Below are positions 53,862 to 62,640 of a DNA stretch of 64,000 nucleotides, in pieces. The position numbers and the translations under genes were made by a program. Positions within the stretch are counted from its first letter, which is position 1. Each line of letters opens with the position of its first letter. Under the pieces are notes generated by a model. That model saw nothing but the letters and a program-made list of their open reading frames with translations, was not told where the DNA came from and did not search any database. Source of the stretch: a virus; the IMG/VR virus record IMGVR_UViG_3300015615_001189, positions 8,497-72,496 of that record. The stretch is one strand, 5' to 3'.

Positions 53862-54328
53862 ATGCAGCCCCCGCACGATCTTTCCACCTCCCCCGCAGCG
53901 AGGCCCGATCGTCTTGGCCCTCTGCTGGCGCTGGCCGATGCGGCGGAACTGCTCGATGGGACTTCGCGGGGGCAGATCGGGGCGATGCTTTCCGGGGTGT
54001 GCTGCGCGGTGTGAACATCGCCCTGGCGAGCAAAGGGGCGCGCACGGTGCGCGTGTGGCGCTGGTCGATCGAGGCGTATCTGCACGCGGCCACGGCGCGG
54101 GCGCTGGCTCGCGCGGGCGAGCCGTCGCTCGCCGCGCTTTTGCCCCATGCGCGCGAGTGGTGGCTGCGGAGCGAGGTGGAGCGTTTGCTCGTCTGCTCCG
54201 ATGCCCACGTGCTGAACCTCGTGCGGGCCGAGGTGCTCACGGCGCGGCGCGACGGCAAGATGCGCTGCGTGCGGATCGCGCGGCAAAGCCTCCTCCGTTT
54301 TCTCCACGCCCGCCAACTCGGCGCATGA
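53862..54328 (+). pseudogene. Tandem excisionase-like HTH gene split by a frameshift near 53995
   Basis: AAELLDGTSRGQIGAMLS continues in another frame as GVLRGVNI...VRVWRWSI; second HTH follows. Confidence 0.5.
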
Positions 54329-54356
54329 CCGCTCACTCACCAAACACCTCCACACC

Positions 54357-54842
54357 ATGCCGACCCTGACCGAACCTCCCATCATTCCACCGCTGGCCTT
54401 CCGCGCTGTCGCCGTGCTCACGGTGCAAGAGCGCGACGTGTTCGGCGGCTGGATTTCGCATCTCAACAAGCTGATCGAGCGCAGCGAGGAAACGGGCGGA
54501 GCGTTGCGAGGATCGCAGCTCGATACGCACCTGAGCAGCGCGCTGGTGGGGGCGTTTCACGCGATGCGCGATACGTGCCTGCCGTTGAAGTCCGCGCTGG
54601 TCGCCGAGGCGGCGGAGCGGCTTAAACCCTTTTACCCGCGGCCCGGCGATGCGTGGCAGGTGGCGAGCGAAACGCCGGCCGCGATTGCCTTTCGCGATTT
54701 CATCGCCGGGCCTCCGCTGGAGACGACCGTCAACGGGCTGACGCGGCAGGCGCGCGCCGCGGTCGCGCTGCTCGGCATGATCGTGAGCGGCGAAGAGTTC
54801 TGGCGCTATCAACCTCAACCCGCCGCGGGAGGGGCTAAGTGA
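54357..54842 (+). CDS. Hypothetical protein
   Basis: AC-rich leader; GTGA coupling. Confidence 0.65.
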   Translation: MPTLTEPPIIPPLAFRAVAVLTVQERDVFGGWISHLNKLIERSEETGGALRGSQLDTHLSSALVGAFHAMRDTCLPLKSALVAEAAERLKPFYPRPGDAWQVASETPAAIAFRDFIAGPPLETTVNGLTRQARAAVALLGMIVSGEEFWRYQPQPAAGGAK

Positions 54843-55117
54843 GCATGGCGATGGCGGAAGCGAGCGCGGAGAAAAGTCTGCTCGGCATGAGCGCGGCGGA
54901 GCTGTGGCCCAATCGCCGGCTCGTCACGGCGGCGGAAGCGGCCGCTGTGCTCGAATGCACGGAGCGCCACGTGTTGAATCTCATTGCGCTTGGCCAACTC
55001 GGCGCGCTCGATATTTCCACGGGCGCGAACTGCGCGCCCGGCACCAAGGCCCGCCGCCAGTCGATCCGCATTCCCGCGGTCGCGTGGGACAAATTCATCG
55101 CGAAGGCGCACGCGTGA
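54839..55117 (+). CDS. Excisionase-like HTH protein
   Basis: EAAAVLECTERHVLNLIALGQL...IRIP. Confidence 0.7.
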   Translation: MSMAMAEASAEKSLLGMSAAELWPNRRLVTAAEAAAVLECTERHVLNLIALGQLGALDISTGANCAPGTKARRQSIRIPAVAWDKFIAKAHA

Positions 55118-55252
55118 AAACCGCATTTCCGCTGTCGAACCCCGCCCGCGTCGAGAAAACGCGTTTTCAAGGCCATGCAAGGGGGTATTCAGGCCTCTTG
55201 CGGCGGGAGTCGGAAGTCGGAATTTGCCCCTTGGGGGCGGAGCAACTGAACC

Positions 55253-55492
55253 ATGAGGCACATCCCACCCCGCATTTTGGTCGCCACGTGGCGACGTGTA
55301 GCGAACACCTCGCGCGACTGGATCGGCGTCGTGCGGCTGGCGGACGGGCGGCGCTTCGCCCGCATTATCCGCGAGCGCGCGCAGCCGCCCACGCTGAACG
55401 AGCTGCGCGGCGCGGTGCATCGCCCTGCCGAGTGGCGACAGTGGGTGCAGGTGCCGGACGCTGCGCCGGGCGCGAACGCGGTGAGAAGATAA
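55253..55492 (+). CDS. Small hypothetical protein
   Basis: 79-aa ORF. Confidence 0.4.
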   Translation: MRHIPPRILVATWRRVANTSRDWIGVVRLADGRRFARIIRERAQPPTLNELRGAVHRPAEWRQWVQVPDAAPGANAVRR

Positions 55493-55697
55493 CCCGGCGC
55501 GCTGGAAAGGCGGCGGGCCGATGAAAGGCGAAGAGACCGCGCTTTCGGGCTTCGTCTTCTCGCTGACGCCGGAGACCGCGCTTCCGCTGGTATCCAAGGA
55601 ACCTTTGTGCGCCCGCGCCGCCCAGCCGCCCGCCGAACCCGCCACAATTTTCACCAACAACGAAAAACCAAAACAACACCAACAGATCGATCCATCC

Positions 55698-57083
55698 ATG
55701 AAAGCTAACATCGAATTCGTCTCCGGTTCGCCGCGGGACGCCCTCAAACAACTCGCGGCGATCATCGCGAAAAACAGAGCCCTCCATCTGGACCGCTCAA
55801 CCTCGGCCGAGAAGGCGCTCCTCGCCAGCGACGCGAGCGAGTTCTACCGGCGCGAGCTGGCGGGCCGCGTCGGCGATTGGGATATGATGCCGCTCGGCGC
55901 GCTCAAGGCCGCCGACGTGACCGACGCGCAGATCGGCACGCTCAGCGGCACGCTCGTGCTGCTCCGCGCCCTGCCGATGATGAAAATGCATTTCCCGCTG
56001 CTCTCCGCCATCTGGCAGGACTTCAGCACCGAGCCGGGATTGTTCCAGCAGACGGAGAACACGCGCATCGTGCTCGAACCTTCGGTGCAGAGCTACAACT
56101 CCACCCCGGACGCCACGGGACGGCCGAAAGGTTGGGACACCGTGAGTCCGGCGCGCACGCTCGATGTCCCCGTCCCGCTCGACAACTACGTCGGCGTCCC
56201 GATCGTCTTTTCCGCGGCGACGCTCGCGAGCACGATGCGCCGGCTGTTTGAGGAGCAAGCGCCCGCGGCGATGTATGCGCTCGGAAAATACCTCGTCGGG
56301 ATGCTGACCGCGCACATGACGGCGGCCAACTTCAACGCCTACGCGGTGAATAGCCTCGCCAATGGCGCGACGACGGACGGCTCGGCGGTTGTCACCGTCA
56401 CGAGCACGGCGGGTTGCTACGGCTGGCAGATTATCACCGGCACGGGCATCCCCACCGGCACGCGCATCCTCAGCGTCGATAGCGGGACGCAGCTCACGCT
56501 GACCAAGGCGGCGACGGCGACCAACGCCGCGCTCACCTTCGCGCTGCAAGCCTCGCAGGTGCCCGCGACCTACGCGACGTATGCGCGTGCGCTCGCGGAC
56601 ATGAGCCTCGCGGACCTCGGCACTCTGCGCGGCGTCTTCAGCCAAAACGAAGTGCCGCAGACCGATCGCCACGTGCTGTTGAACAGCCACTACTACGAGC
56701 GGCTCGCCGAGGACCCGAACTTCAACACCTACTTTGTGGCGGCGCGCAGCCCGGAGACGATGACCGAGGGCATCTTACCGCGCCTGCGCGGCTTCACGCC
56801 CCACGAAGCGCCGTATATGCCGAGCAGCAGCAACCGCGTCGGCTTTGCCACGCACAAGTCGGCGCTCGTGCTCAAGACGCGGCTCCCGCAAGACCTGACC
56901 AAAGCGGTCGCGGGCGACGTGCCCGGCAGCATCACCACCGTCACCGACAATGGCCTCGGCATTTCCGTGGCGCTGGTGGAATACGTGAACCTCGTCGGAA
57001 ATTATGCAGAGATGCGGCCTGAACTCATGGCCGGCAGTGCCGTGGGCGATCGGCGCGGCGGTCTCGTGCTCACTTCGCAGTAG
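55698..57083 (+). CDS. Major capsid-like protein with inserted Thr/Gly-rich beta domain
   Basis: HK97-fold-like pattern (VPQTDRHVLLN...GFTPHE...GFATHKSALVLKTR...GSAVG); insert TTDGSAVVTV...GTGIPTGT...LTLTKAATAT. Confidence 0.65.
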   Translation: MKANIEFVSGSPRDALKQLAAIIAKNRALHLDRSTSAEKALLASDASEFYRRELAGRVGDWDMMPLGALKAADVTDAQIGTLSGTLVLLRALPMMKMHFPLLSAIWQDFSTEPGLFQQTENTRIVLEPSVQSYNSTPDATGRPKGWDTVSPARTLDVPVPLDNYVGVPIVFSAATLASTMRRLFEEQAPAAMYALGKYLVGMLTAHMTAANFNAYAVNSLANGATTDGSAVVTVTSTAGCYGWQIITGTGIPTGTRILSVDSGTQLTLTKAATATNAALTFALQASQVPATYATYARALADMSLADLGTLRGVFSQNEVPQTDRHVLLNSHYYERLAEDPNFNTYFVAARSPETMTEGILPRLRGFTPHEAPYMPSSSNRVGFATHKSALVLKTRLPQDLTKAVAGDVPGSITTVTDNGLGISVALVEYVNLVGNYAEMRPELMAGSAVGDRRGGLVLTSQ

Positions 57084-57258
57084 CGCGGAACCAACCCGTT
57101 TCATCGGCCATGAAAATTCTACCAAGTGCAAACCGTGAGCAGCGCGTGCGGTCACTTGTAGCGCTCCGTTTTTCGGACAGTTCGCGGGGCGCGTTCATGA
57201 AGGGTGTCGGCTCCGAGCATCCGTAACGCGCGGATCGGGCAATTCTTTTTTTCACACG

Positions 57259-57705
57259 ATGTCACCGCGAGATCAACGCACCGCCCTCGCGCACAGCGCG
57301 GCCTTGCAAGCAGAGATGGGCGCGCGCCGGGAGCAAATCGTGTCCATCGCGGCGCGCTCTCGTCTCACGTATCGGAGAGTCAGGGCTCTCGTCTATGACA
57401 GCGACGGGGGAAGCGTCCATCCCGCCGAGCGGCGCAAAAATCTACTCACCGCCGCGGCGTTGGTCGCCGACATGGCGCGCGGACTCAGCGGCGTCGTCGA
57501 AGACATTCGCCGCTACGAGGCGGAAGCGGCGGAACTGTGCGCGCTCGCCGGCATCCCGTGGGACGAAGCGCACGACGCGAGCGTGGCAACGCTCCTCGCC
57601 GCGGAAAAAGAAATCCTCCCCCACCTCGACGAGCTGCGCGCGCACCTCACAGCCCGCGCCGCCGCCGTCGATGACGAAGACGAAGGCCACCACCTAGACG
57701 AATAG
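57259..57705 (+). CDS. Hypothetical helical protein
   Basis: ORF upstream of TMP-like gene. Confidence 0.55.
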   Translation: MSPRDQRTALAHSAALQAEMGARREQIVSIAARSRLTYRRVRALVYDSDGGSVHPAERRKNLLTAAALVADMARGLSGVVEDIRRYEAEAAELCALAGIPWDEAHDASVATLLAAEKEILPHLDELRAHLTARAAAVDDEDEGHHLDE

Positions 57706-57709
57706 AGCT

Positions 57710-60061
57710 ATGAGCGACACGCGCAACGAACTGGAGTTTCACCTCAAGACGACGAGCGACGCGACGGGCGCGAAGGAGTTGAGCGGTGCGGTCAAGACCA
57801 GCGCCGAGCAGATGAAGAAGGCGCTGGGCGAGGTGCAGGCCGAAGCGGCCAAGCCGGTTTCGCCGCGGGTGTTTGCGGCGAGGGCGCAGATCAAAGACCT
57901 GCTGGGGGAGGACATCGGCGCGGCGTTTACGGCGGAGCTTGAGCAGGCGCTGAAGCGGATACCGGCGCGGCTGCACGAGGAGTTCGTCGAAAACTTCAAG
58001 GCGGGCATCGGCGAGGGGGTGATGAAGGCGCTGCCTGGAGACGCCGGCGCATTCGACCGGTCGCGACGGGAAGAGCGGGAGCGGCTGCAAGCGATCATCC
58101 GGCAAGGCGCGGCCGAAGAACGCGAACTGAACCGGCAGAACGCAGCGGCGGAGCGCACGGCGGCGGAGATGCGCAAGCAGCGCGAGCGCGAAGTGGCCGA
58201 CATCATCCGCCGGTCGAAGCACGAGGAGCGCGAGCTGAACCGGCAGAATGCCGCGCTGGCAGTGCAGACGCAGGCCGACCAAAAGCGCGCGGCCCTGGAT
58301 CGAATCGCGGCGGAGCGGCGTGCGACGGCGGCGGCGCGCGCGGCGGCACGCGCGGAGGAGTCGCAAAGAGTTTCCGGCGGCGGCGGTGCGTTCGGCAAGG
58401 TCGCGGGCGGGCTGGGGTTTGGAGGCATGGCCGGTGCCGTCGCCACGGGCATGGCGGCGGGCGCGCAGATCGCGAACATCATCAGCCAGATCGCGGAGTA
58501 TCGGAAGCAGGCCGAGGCAGCCGAGCGCGGCATCAGCGAAGAACTCACGAAGCAGATCGGACAGTGGCGGGAGATGGCGGCGGGGGTCAAAGACGTGAAC
58601 GGTCTGCAAGAACTTCAGGCGAAGCTTGCGCTCGACGTGGCGAATGCGCACGCGAGCGCCCAGCAGCGCGTCGCGAGCGTGGGAGACACGTTCATCGACG
58701 GCCTGAAGACGCGCCTGGGGCGGGACTTCGTGCGCGGGATCGGCTTCGATCCTGAGACGACGGTCGATAAAGCGGCCAAGGCGGCGGAGCGTGACCTCGC
58801 GCGGCTGGAGACGCAGATGAAGCAGGCGGCGGAGCGGGCCGAGCAACTGCTCAACTGGCAGGATCACGTCAAGACGTTGCCGCTGGAAACGCAGGTGGAG
58901 AGCTTCAAGTTGGCGCTCGCCGACGTGGACGCCCAGCGCGAGCGGCTCGCGGCCTCACCGCTGGTGAATGCACAGGGGCTGGCGGAGCTGGTAGCGGAAG
59001 CGCAGCTGTTCAACGGACTGCTCAAAGAAGCTGAACAGCAGATCGCGCGCAACGCCGATGCGGCGAAGCGCGACCTCGACTCCCGTTCGAAGGCCGGGCT
59101 GGATGCGATGGCAAAGGAAATCCAAGAGGGACAGGACCGGCGTGAAAGAGAGACGAAGGAAAAAGCGGAGCAGGCGGCGAAAGAAGCGGCACAGCTCAAC
59201 GACATCCTCAAGAAGCAGCAGGAGATCGACGAGGAGCAGAAGGATGAGCAGGCGATCCTGCGCGCGAAACTCGCCGGGCAGGACGACCTCGTGCAGACGC
59301 TGGAGATCGAGCGCGCGAAGCGCCAGCAGATCAAAGAGCTGGGCGACCAAGGCTTGCTCACCGAGGAGCGGCGCCAGCAGATCGAGATCACCGCGGAACT
59401 GCAAAAGCAGGTGGTGGCGATGGAGCAGAAGAAGAATCTGCGCGATGCGATGCGCAAGCTGGAGGATGTGGAGGGAAACTTCGCCGGGGTGGATTCACCG
59501 GACCGCGGGGACGCGCTGCGGGCGGTCAAGCGGGCGCGGGAGGACTTTGCCAAGCGCCAGCGGCGCGCCGAGGAGGATGCGCGCGAGGCCGGGGCGACGC
59601 CGGATCAAATCTACTCGCAGCGGCTCTCGAATAAGGGTGCCTTCGAGGCCGACTTGCGCGCGGCGCGCGGGCGCTTCGGCGGTGACAAGTCGCAACCCAC
59701 CGCCGATGGCTCGGAGAACAAGGGCGCGATCGGGAAGAAATACGGCTTCGACTTTTTCGGAAATCCCGACCCGAACCTGCCGCGCCGATCCCCGGCCGCG
59801 CCGGCGGCGGCCGGGGAGCAGGTTGACACGCGCATCGAGCAAGCGCCGGCCGCCGGTGAGCTGCAACAGGCCGCGCAGGGCTTTGCGGCGGGCGGTGCCG
59901 ATTTGGCAGCGGCAGCCGCCACGGTGAAGGATAGCACGGGGTCGATCAAAGAGCTTTCCACCGCGCTCCAGGATCTAGGCGGCGTGGTGGTGTCGCTCGC
60001 CAGCAATGTGGCAAACCTCAAGCAAAACGTCGCCACTGCGCGCAACAAGATGGGCAACTGA
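57710..60061 (+). CDS. Tape-measure-like coiled-coil protein
   Basis: ELEFHLKTTSDATGAKE N-terminus, Gly/Ala hydrophobic segment, long coiled coil. Confidence 0.6.
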   Translation: MSDTRNELEFHLKTTSDATGAKELSGAVKTSAEQMKKALGEVQAEAAKPVSPRVFAARAQIKDLLGEDIGAAFTAELEQALKRIPARLHEEFVENFKAGIGEGVMKALPGDAGAFDRSRREERERLQAIIRQGAAEERELNRQNAAAERTAAEMRKQREREVADIIRRSKHEERELNRQNAALAVQTQADQKRAALDRIAAERRATAAARAAARAEESQRVSGGGGAFGKVAGGLGFGGMAGAVATGMAAGAQIANIISQIAEYRKQAEAAERGISEELTKQIGQWREMAAGVKDVNGLQELQAKLALDVANAHASAQQRVASVGDTFIDGLKTRLGRDFVRGIGFDPETTVDKAAKAAERDLARLETQMKQAAERAEQLLNWQDHVKTLPLETQVESFKLALADVDAQRERLAASPLVNAQGLAELVAEAQLFNGLLKEAEQQIARNADAAKRDLDSRSKAGLDAMAKEIQEGQDRRERETKEKAEQAAKEAAQLNDILKKQQEIDEEQKDEQAILRAKLAGQDDLVQTLEIERAKRQQIKELGDQGLLTEERRQQIEITAELQKQVVAMEQKKNLRDAMRKLEDVEGNFAGVDSPDRGDALRAVKRAREDFAKRQRRAEEDAREAGATPDQIYSQRLSNKGAFEADLRAARGRFGGDKSQPTADGSENKGAIGKKYGFDFFGNPDPNLPRRSPAAPAAAGEQVDTRIEQAPAAGELQQAAQGFAAGGADLAAAAATVKDSTGSIKELSTALQDLGGVVVSLASNVANLKQNVATARNKMGN

Positions 60062-60064
60062 GCG

Positions 60065-60208
60065 ATGGCCGCTGCTGATTACACACTCACCTGCGCCGTC
60101 GTGAAAGTCGTGAGGACTAACTCACTGCCGCGCGCGATGTTCGCGGCACGACCGACGCTTGCCGTGATTATCGCGCCGCCCCAGACGAAAGGAGCCAAAG
60201 GCAAATGA
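60065..60208 (+). CDS. 47-aa ORF, possible truncated gene
   Basis: MAAADYTLTC...; ATGA-coupled to transposase. Confidence 0.3.
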   Translation: MAAADYTLTCAVVKVVRTNSLPRAMFAARPTLAVIIAPPQTKGAKGK

Positions 60209-62640
60209 GCGATACCACGGCCACGCATCACCTTTTCACGGCGGCGCAGATCGCCGGGGCGCTTGGGAAAACCGCTCGCGCGATTCGCCAGCGCCTTTCG
60301 ACGATCCGCCCCGCTGGCGAGTGCCTCGTGCGCGGACAGCGCAGCCCCGGCTGGACGTGGGCGCAGATGCCCGGCGCGCTCCGCGCCGAGTTGCTCCGCG
60401 TGGCCACGCGCCGCGGCTATCGTGACGCACTCGCGCTGCTCAGCACGCCGCCGACGCGATGGGAGCCAAAACTTCCGCTCGTCGAGGTGGCCGAGGCTGC
60501 GGTGCGCCAGGCCGGCGTGCGGCGTGAAGCGTTCGCATCTTCGCTGGCCGCGTTGAACGACCTTGGAGTTTCGACCGCGGATTTCCTCGCGCGCGGGCTC
60601 GCGGAGTTTCGACGTGTCGCCGGCTACAGCATTTCAGCGAAGCAGTGGCAGCGATGGCTCGATCGCATCGTGACTCGCGATGGGGGCGCGGAGGATTGGA
60701 ACCGGCTGGAAATCTATCTCGACGAAGACGCTCCGCGGCGGGCGACAGCGCCCACGGCTGCGACCGTCGCGGCGGCACACGAACAGCCCGCGCTGCTCGC
60801 GCTCATTCGCTCCTTTGCCGATCCGAGCGCGCCGACTGCGGACGAGGCGCGGCTGCTGTGGGTGCTCACGTTTGAACGATTCGAGGAACTCACGACTGCG
60901 GGCGACAGCGAACGCGAGGCGCGGCGGGCTCTCGTGGCGTTCCTTGCGGCACAGGTGTCGACGCTTGCGAAGAATCCGCACGCGCTGCACGTGGCCTTCA
61001 ATCACAAGCTCGCGAAGTGGCGGAGCGGGGAAGGCAGGCCGTCCGCACTCATCGACGGACGCGCCGATGCGAACAAGGCGCGCGTGGCGCTCGTCATCGG
61101 CACCGACGATCGCAACACGTTGCTCGCCTTCGCGGCGAAACACGGCGGCGGGTTGAGCCAGGGATGGCGCGAGGCGTTGCGGCGCGGCGCACTGAGCGCG
61201 GAGCTGGTGAGCCGCTACATCGACAACCCCGCGAGCAAGTCCTACGTGCCGCGGGCGATTCGCGAACAGCTCGGCAACGACCTCGCCTTGCTTAACGACC
61301 CGATGCATGGCCCGCGGCAGACGAAGCTTGGCGGTGCCTACATCGAGCGCAATCCCGCGGCGTTTGCTGCTGCCGACTGGATGCAGGGTGATGACTGCAC
61401 TCTGCCCAATCTCTACTACGAAGACACGCCGGATGGGCCGCGCCTGATGCGCGGGCAATTCCTCGCGATGCTCGATCCGCGCACCTTCTACATCCTGGGC
61501 TTCGTGCTCATCAGTGCGCCGCCCGATCGTCCCTCGACTTACAACGCCTGGCACATCCGCAATCTCATCACGACCGTTCACGACACCTACGGCCTGCCCC
61601 GCCGTGGCTTCTATTTCGAGAATGGAACGTGGCGCGCCAAGGTGCTTACGGGCAAGGGCGCGGACTGGTCGCAAACCGAGTTGGGGCTGCGGGAGTTTGG
61701 GCTTCGCTTCATCCATGCGCGCCTGCCGCGCGCGAAAGTCGTCGAGCGGTTTTTCAACTCGCTGCAAAATCTCACCGAGGCGGAGCCGGGCTATGTGGGC
61801 CGGGGTTGGCATGATGACCGATACGAGCGCGTCGAAAAAGCGAAGCTACGCGTGGAGTCGGGCAAGATCGAACCGGACACACATTTTCTGACACGCGTCG
61901 AATGGATCGAGCGGCTGACTGAGTTGGTCGATCGCTACAACGACGAACCGCAGGAAGGCCGCTATTGCGACGGGCTCTCGCCGCGTCAGGCTTACGAACG
62001 CCACTTTGGCCGGGAGCCTATCGTGCGACTGCCAGACGCCGCGCGCTATCTCCTCGCGAACGAAACGCGCCTGCTGAAAGTCGGGCGCAACGGCATCAGC
62101 TTCCGCGCTGGAACGGCGGCGGAGCCGTTCACCTACAAGAGCGAGCAAACCGGCCCGCTCATCGGGCGGCACGTGAAAGTTTTCTTCAATCGCGAGTCGC
62201 CCGCAATCCTCGGCGTGCAACATCCTGATAGCGGGGAAGTCTTCGCCGTGCGCCGTGCCACCTACGTGCCGGGGATGGACGCTGACGACGAGACGCTCGC
62301 GCAGGCCTTCGCGGAAAACGACGCACACGACAGCTACAAGCGCGCGCTTTATCGCGCGATCGTGCCGAAGTTCTCCGAGCACTTCATGGCGCGCCCGATC
62401 TTCCGGCCCACGATTCTCGATGGCGCGACGGTCGAAGCGGGTCGGCAATTTGCCGCCAGTGTCGAGGCCGAAGCCGCTGCGGAGAAACGCGACCGCAAGC
62501 TCGCCGGCCGCACAGCGGCCGCCGCGGCTAAGGTCGGTCTGCGCGTGCGCGGCGGGCGCACGTCGGAAACCCGCGCGGCCGCCGCCGAGGAACTCGCACA
62601 GCTTCTTTCCGAGTCTGAACAAAAACCCTCCACACCATGA
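60205..62640 (+). CDS. Mu-like DDE transposase
   Basis: N-terminal HTH; WMQGDD, YFENG, AKVVERFF; YNDEP...GLSP; C-terminal beta-barrel VGRNGI. Confidence 0.85.
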   Translation: MSDTTATHHLFTAAQIAGALGKTARAIRQRLSTIRPAGECLVRGQRSPGWTWAQMPGALRAELLRVATRRGYRDALALLSTPPTRWEPKLPLVEVAEAAVRQAGVRREAFASSLAALNDLGVSTADFLARGLAEFRRVAGYSISAKQWQRWLDRIVTRDGGAEDWNRLEIYLDEDAPRRATAPTAATVAAAHEQPALLALIRSFADPSAPTADEARLLWVLTFERFEELTTAGDSEREARRALVAFLAAQVSTLAKNPHALHVAFNHKLAKWRSGEGRPSALIDGRADANKARVALVIGTDDRNTLLAFAAKHGGGLSQGWREALRRGALSAELVSRYIDNPASKSYVPRAIREQLGNDLALLNDPMHGPRQTKLGGAYIERNPAAFAAADWMQGDDCTLPNLYYEDTPDGPRLMRGQFLAMLDPRTFYILGFVLISAPPDRPSTYNAWHIRNLITTVHDTYGLPRRGFYFENGTWRAKVLTGKGADWSQTELGLREFGLRFIHARLPRAKVVERFFNSLQNLTEAEPGYVGRGWHDDRYERVEKAKLRVESGKIEPDTHFLTRVEWIERLTELVDRYNDEPQEGRYCDGLSPRQAYERHFGREPIVRLPDAARYLLANETRLLKVGRNGISFRAGTAAEPFTYKSEQTGPLIGRHVKVFFNRESPAILGVQHPDSGEVFAVRRATYVPGMDADDETLAQAFAENDAHDSYKRALYRAIVPKFSEHFMARPIFRPTILDGATVEAGRQFAASVEAEAAAEKRDRKLAGRTAAAAAKVGLRVRGGRTSETRAAAAEELAQLLSESEQKPSTP

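Noticed and set aside
55521..55697. Longer ORF-track starts (capsid-like 55521; also 39948, 9415, 2875, 28792)
   Set aside because: Downstream ATGs with AC-rich leaders or ATGA coupling fit better
61609..61626. Inactive transposase because of ENG in place of DNG
   Set aside because: Conservative acidic substitution with the other motifs intact; activity cannot be judged by eye
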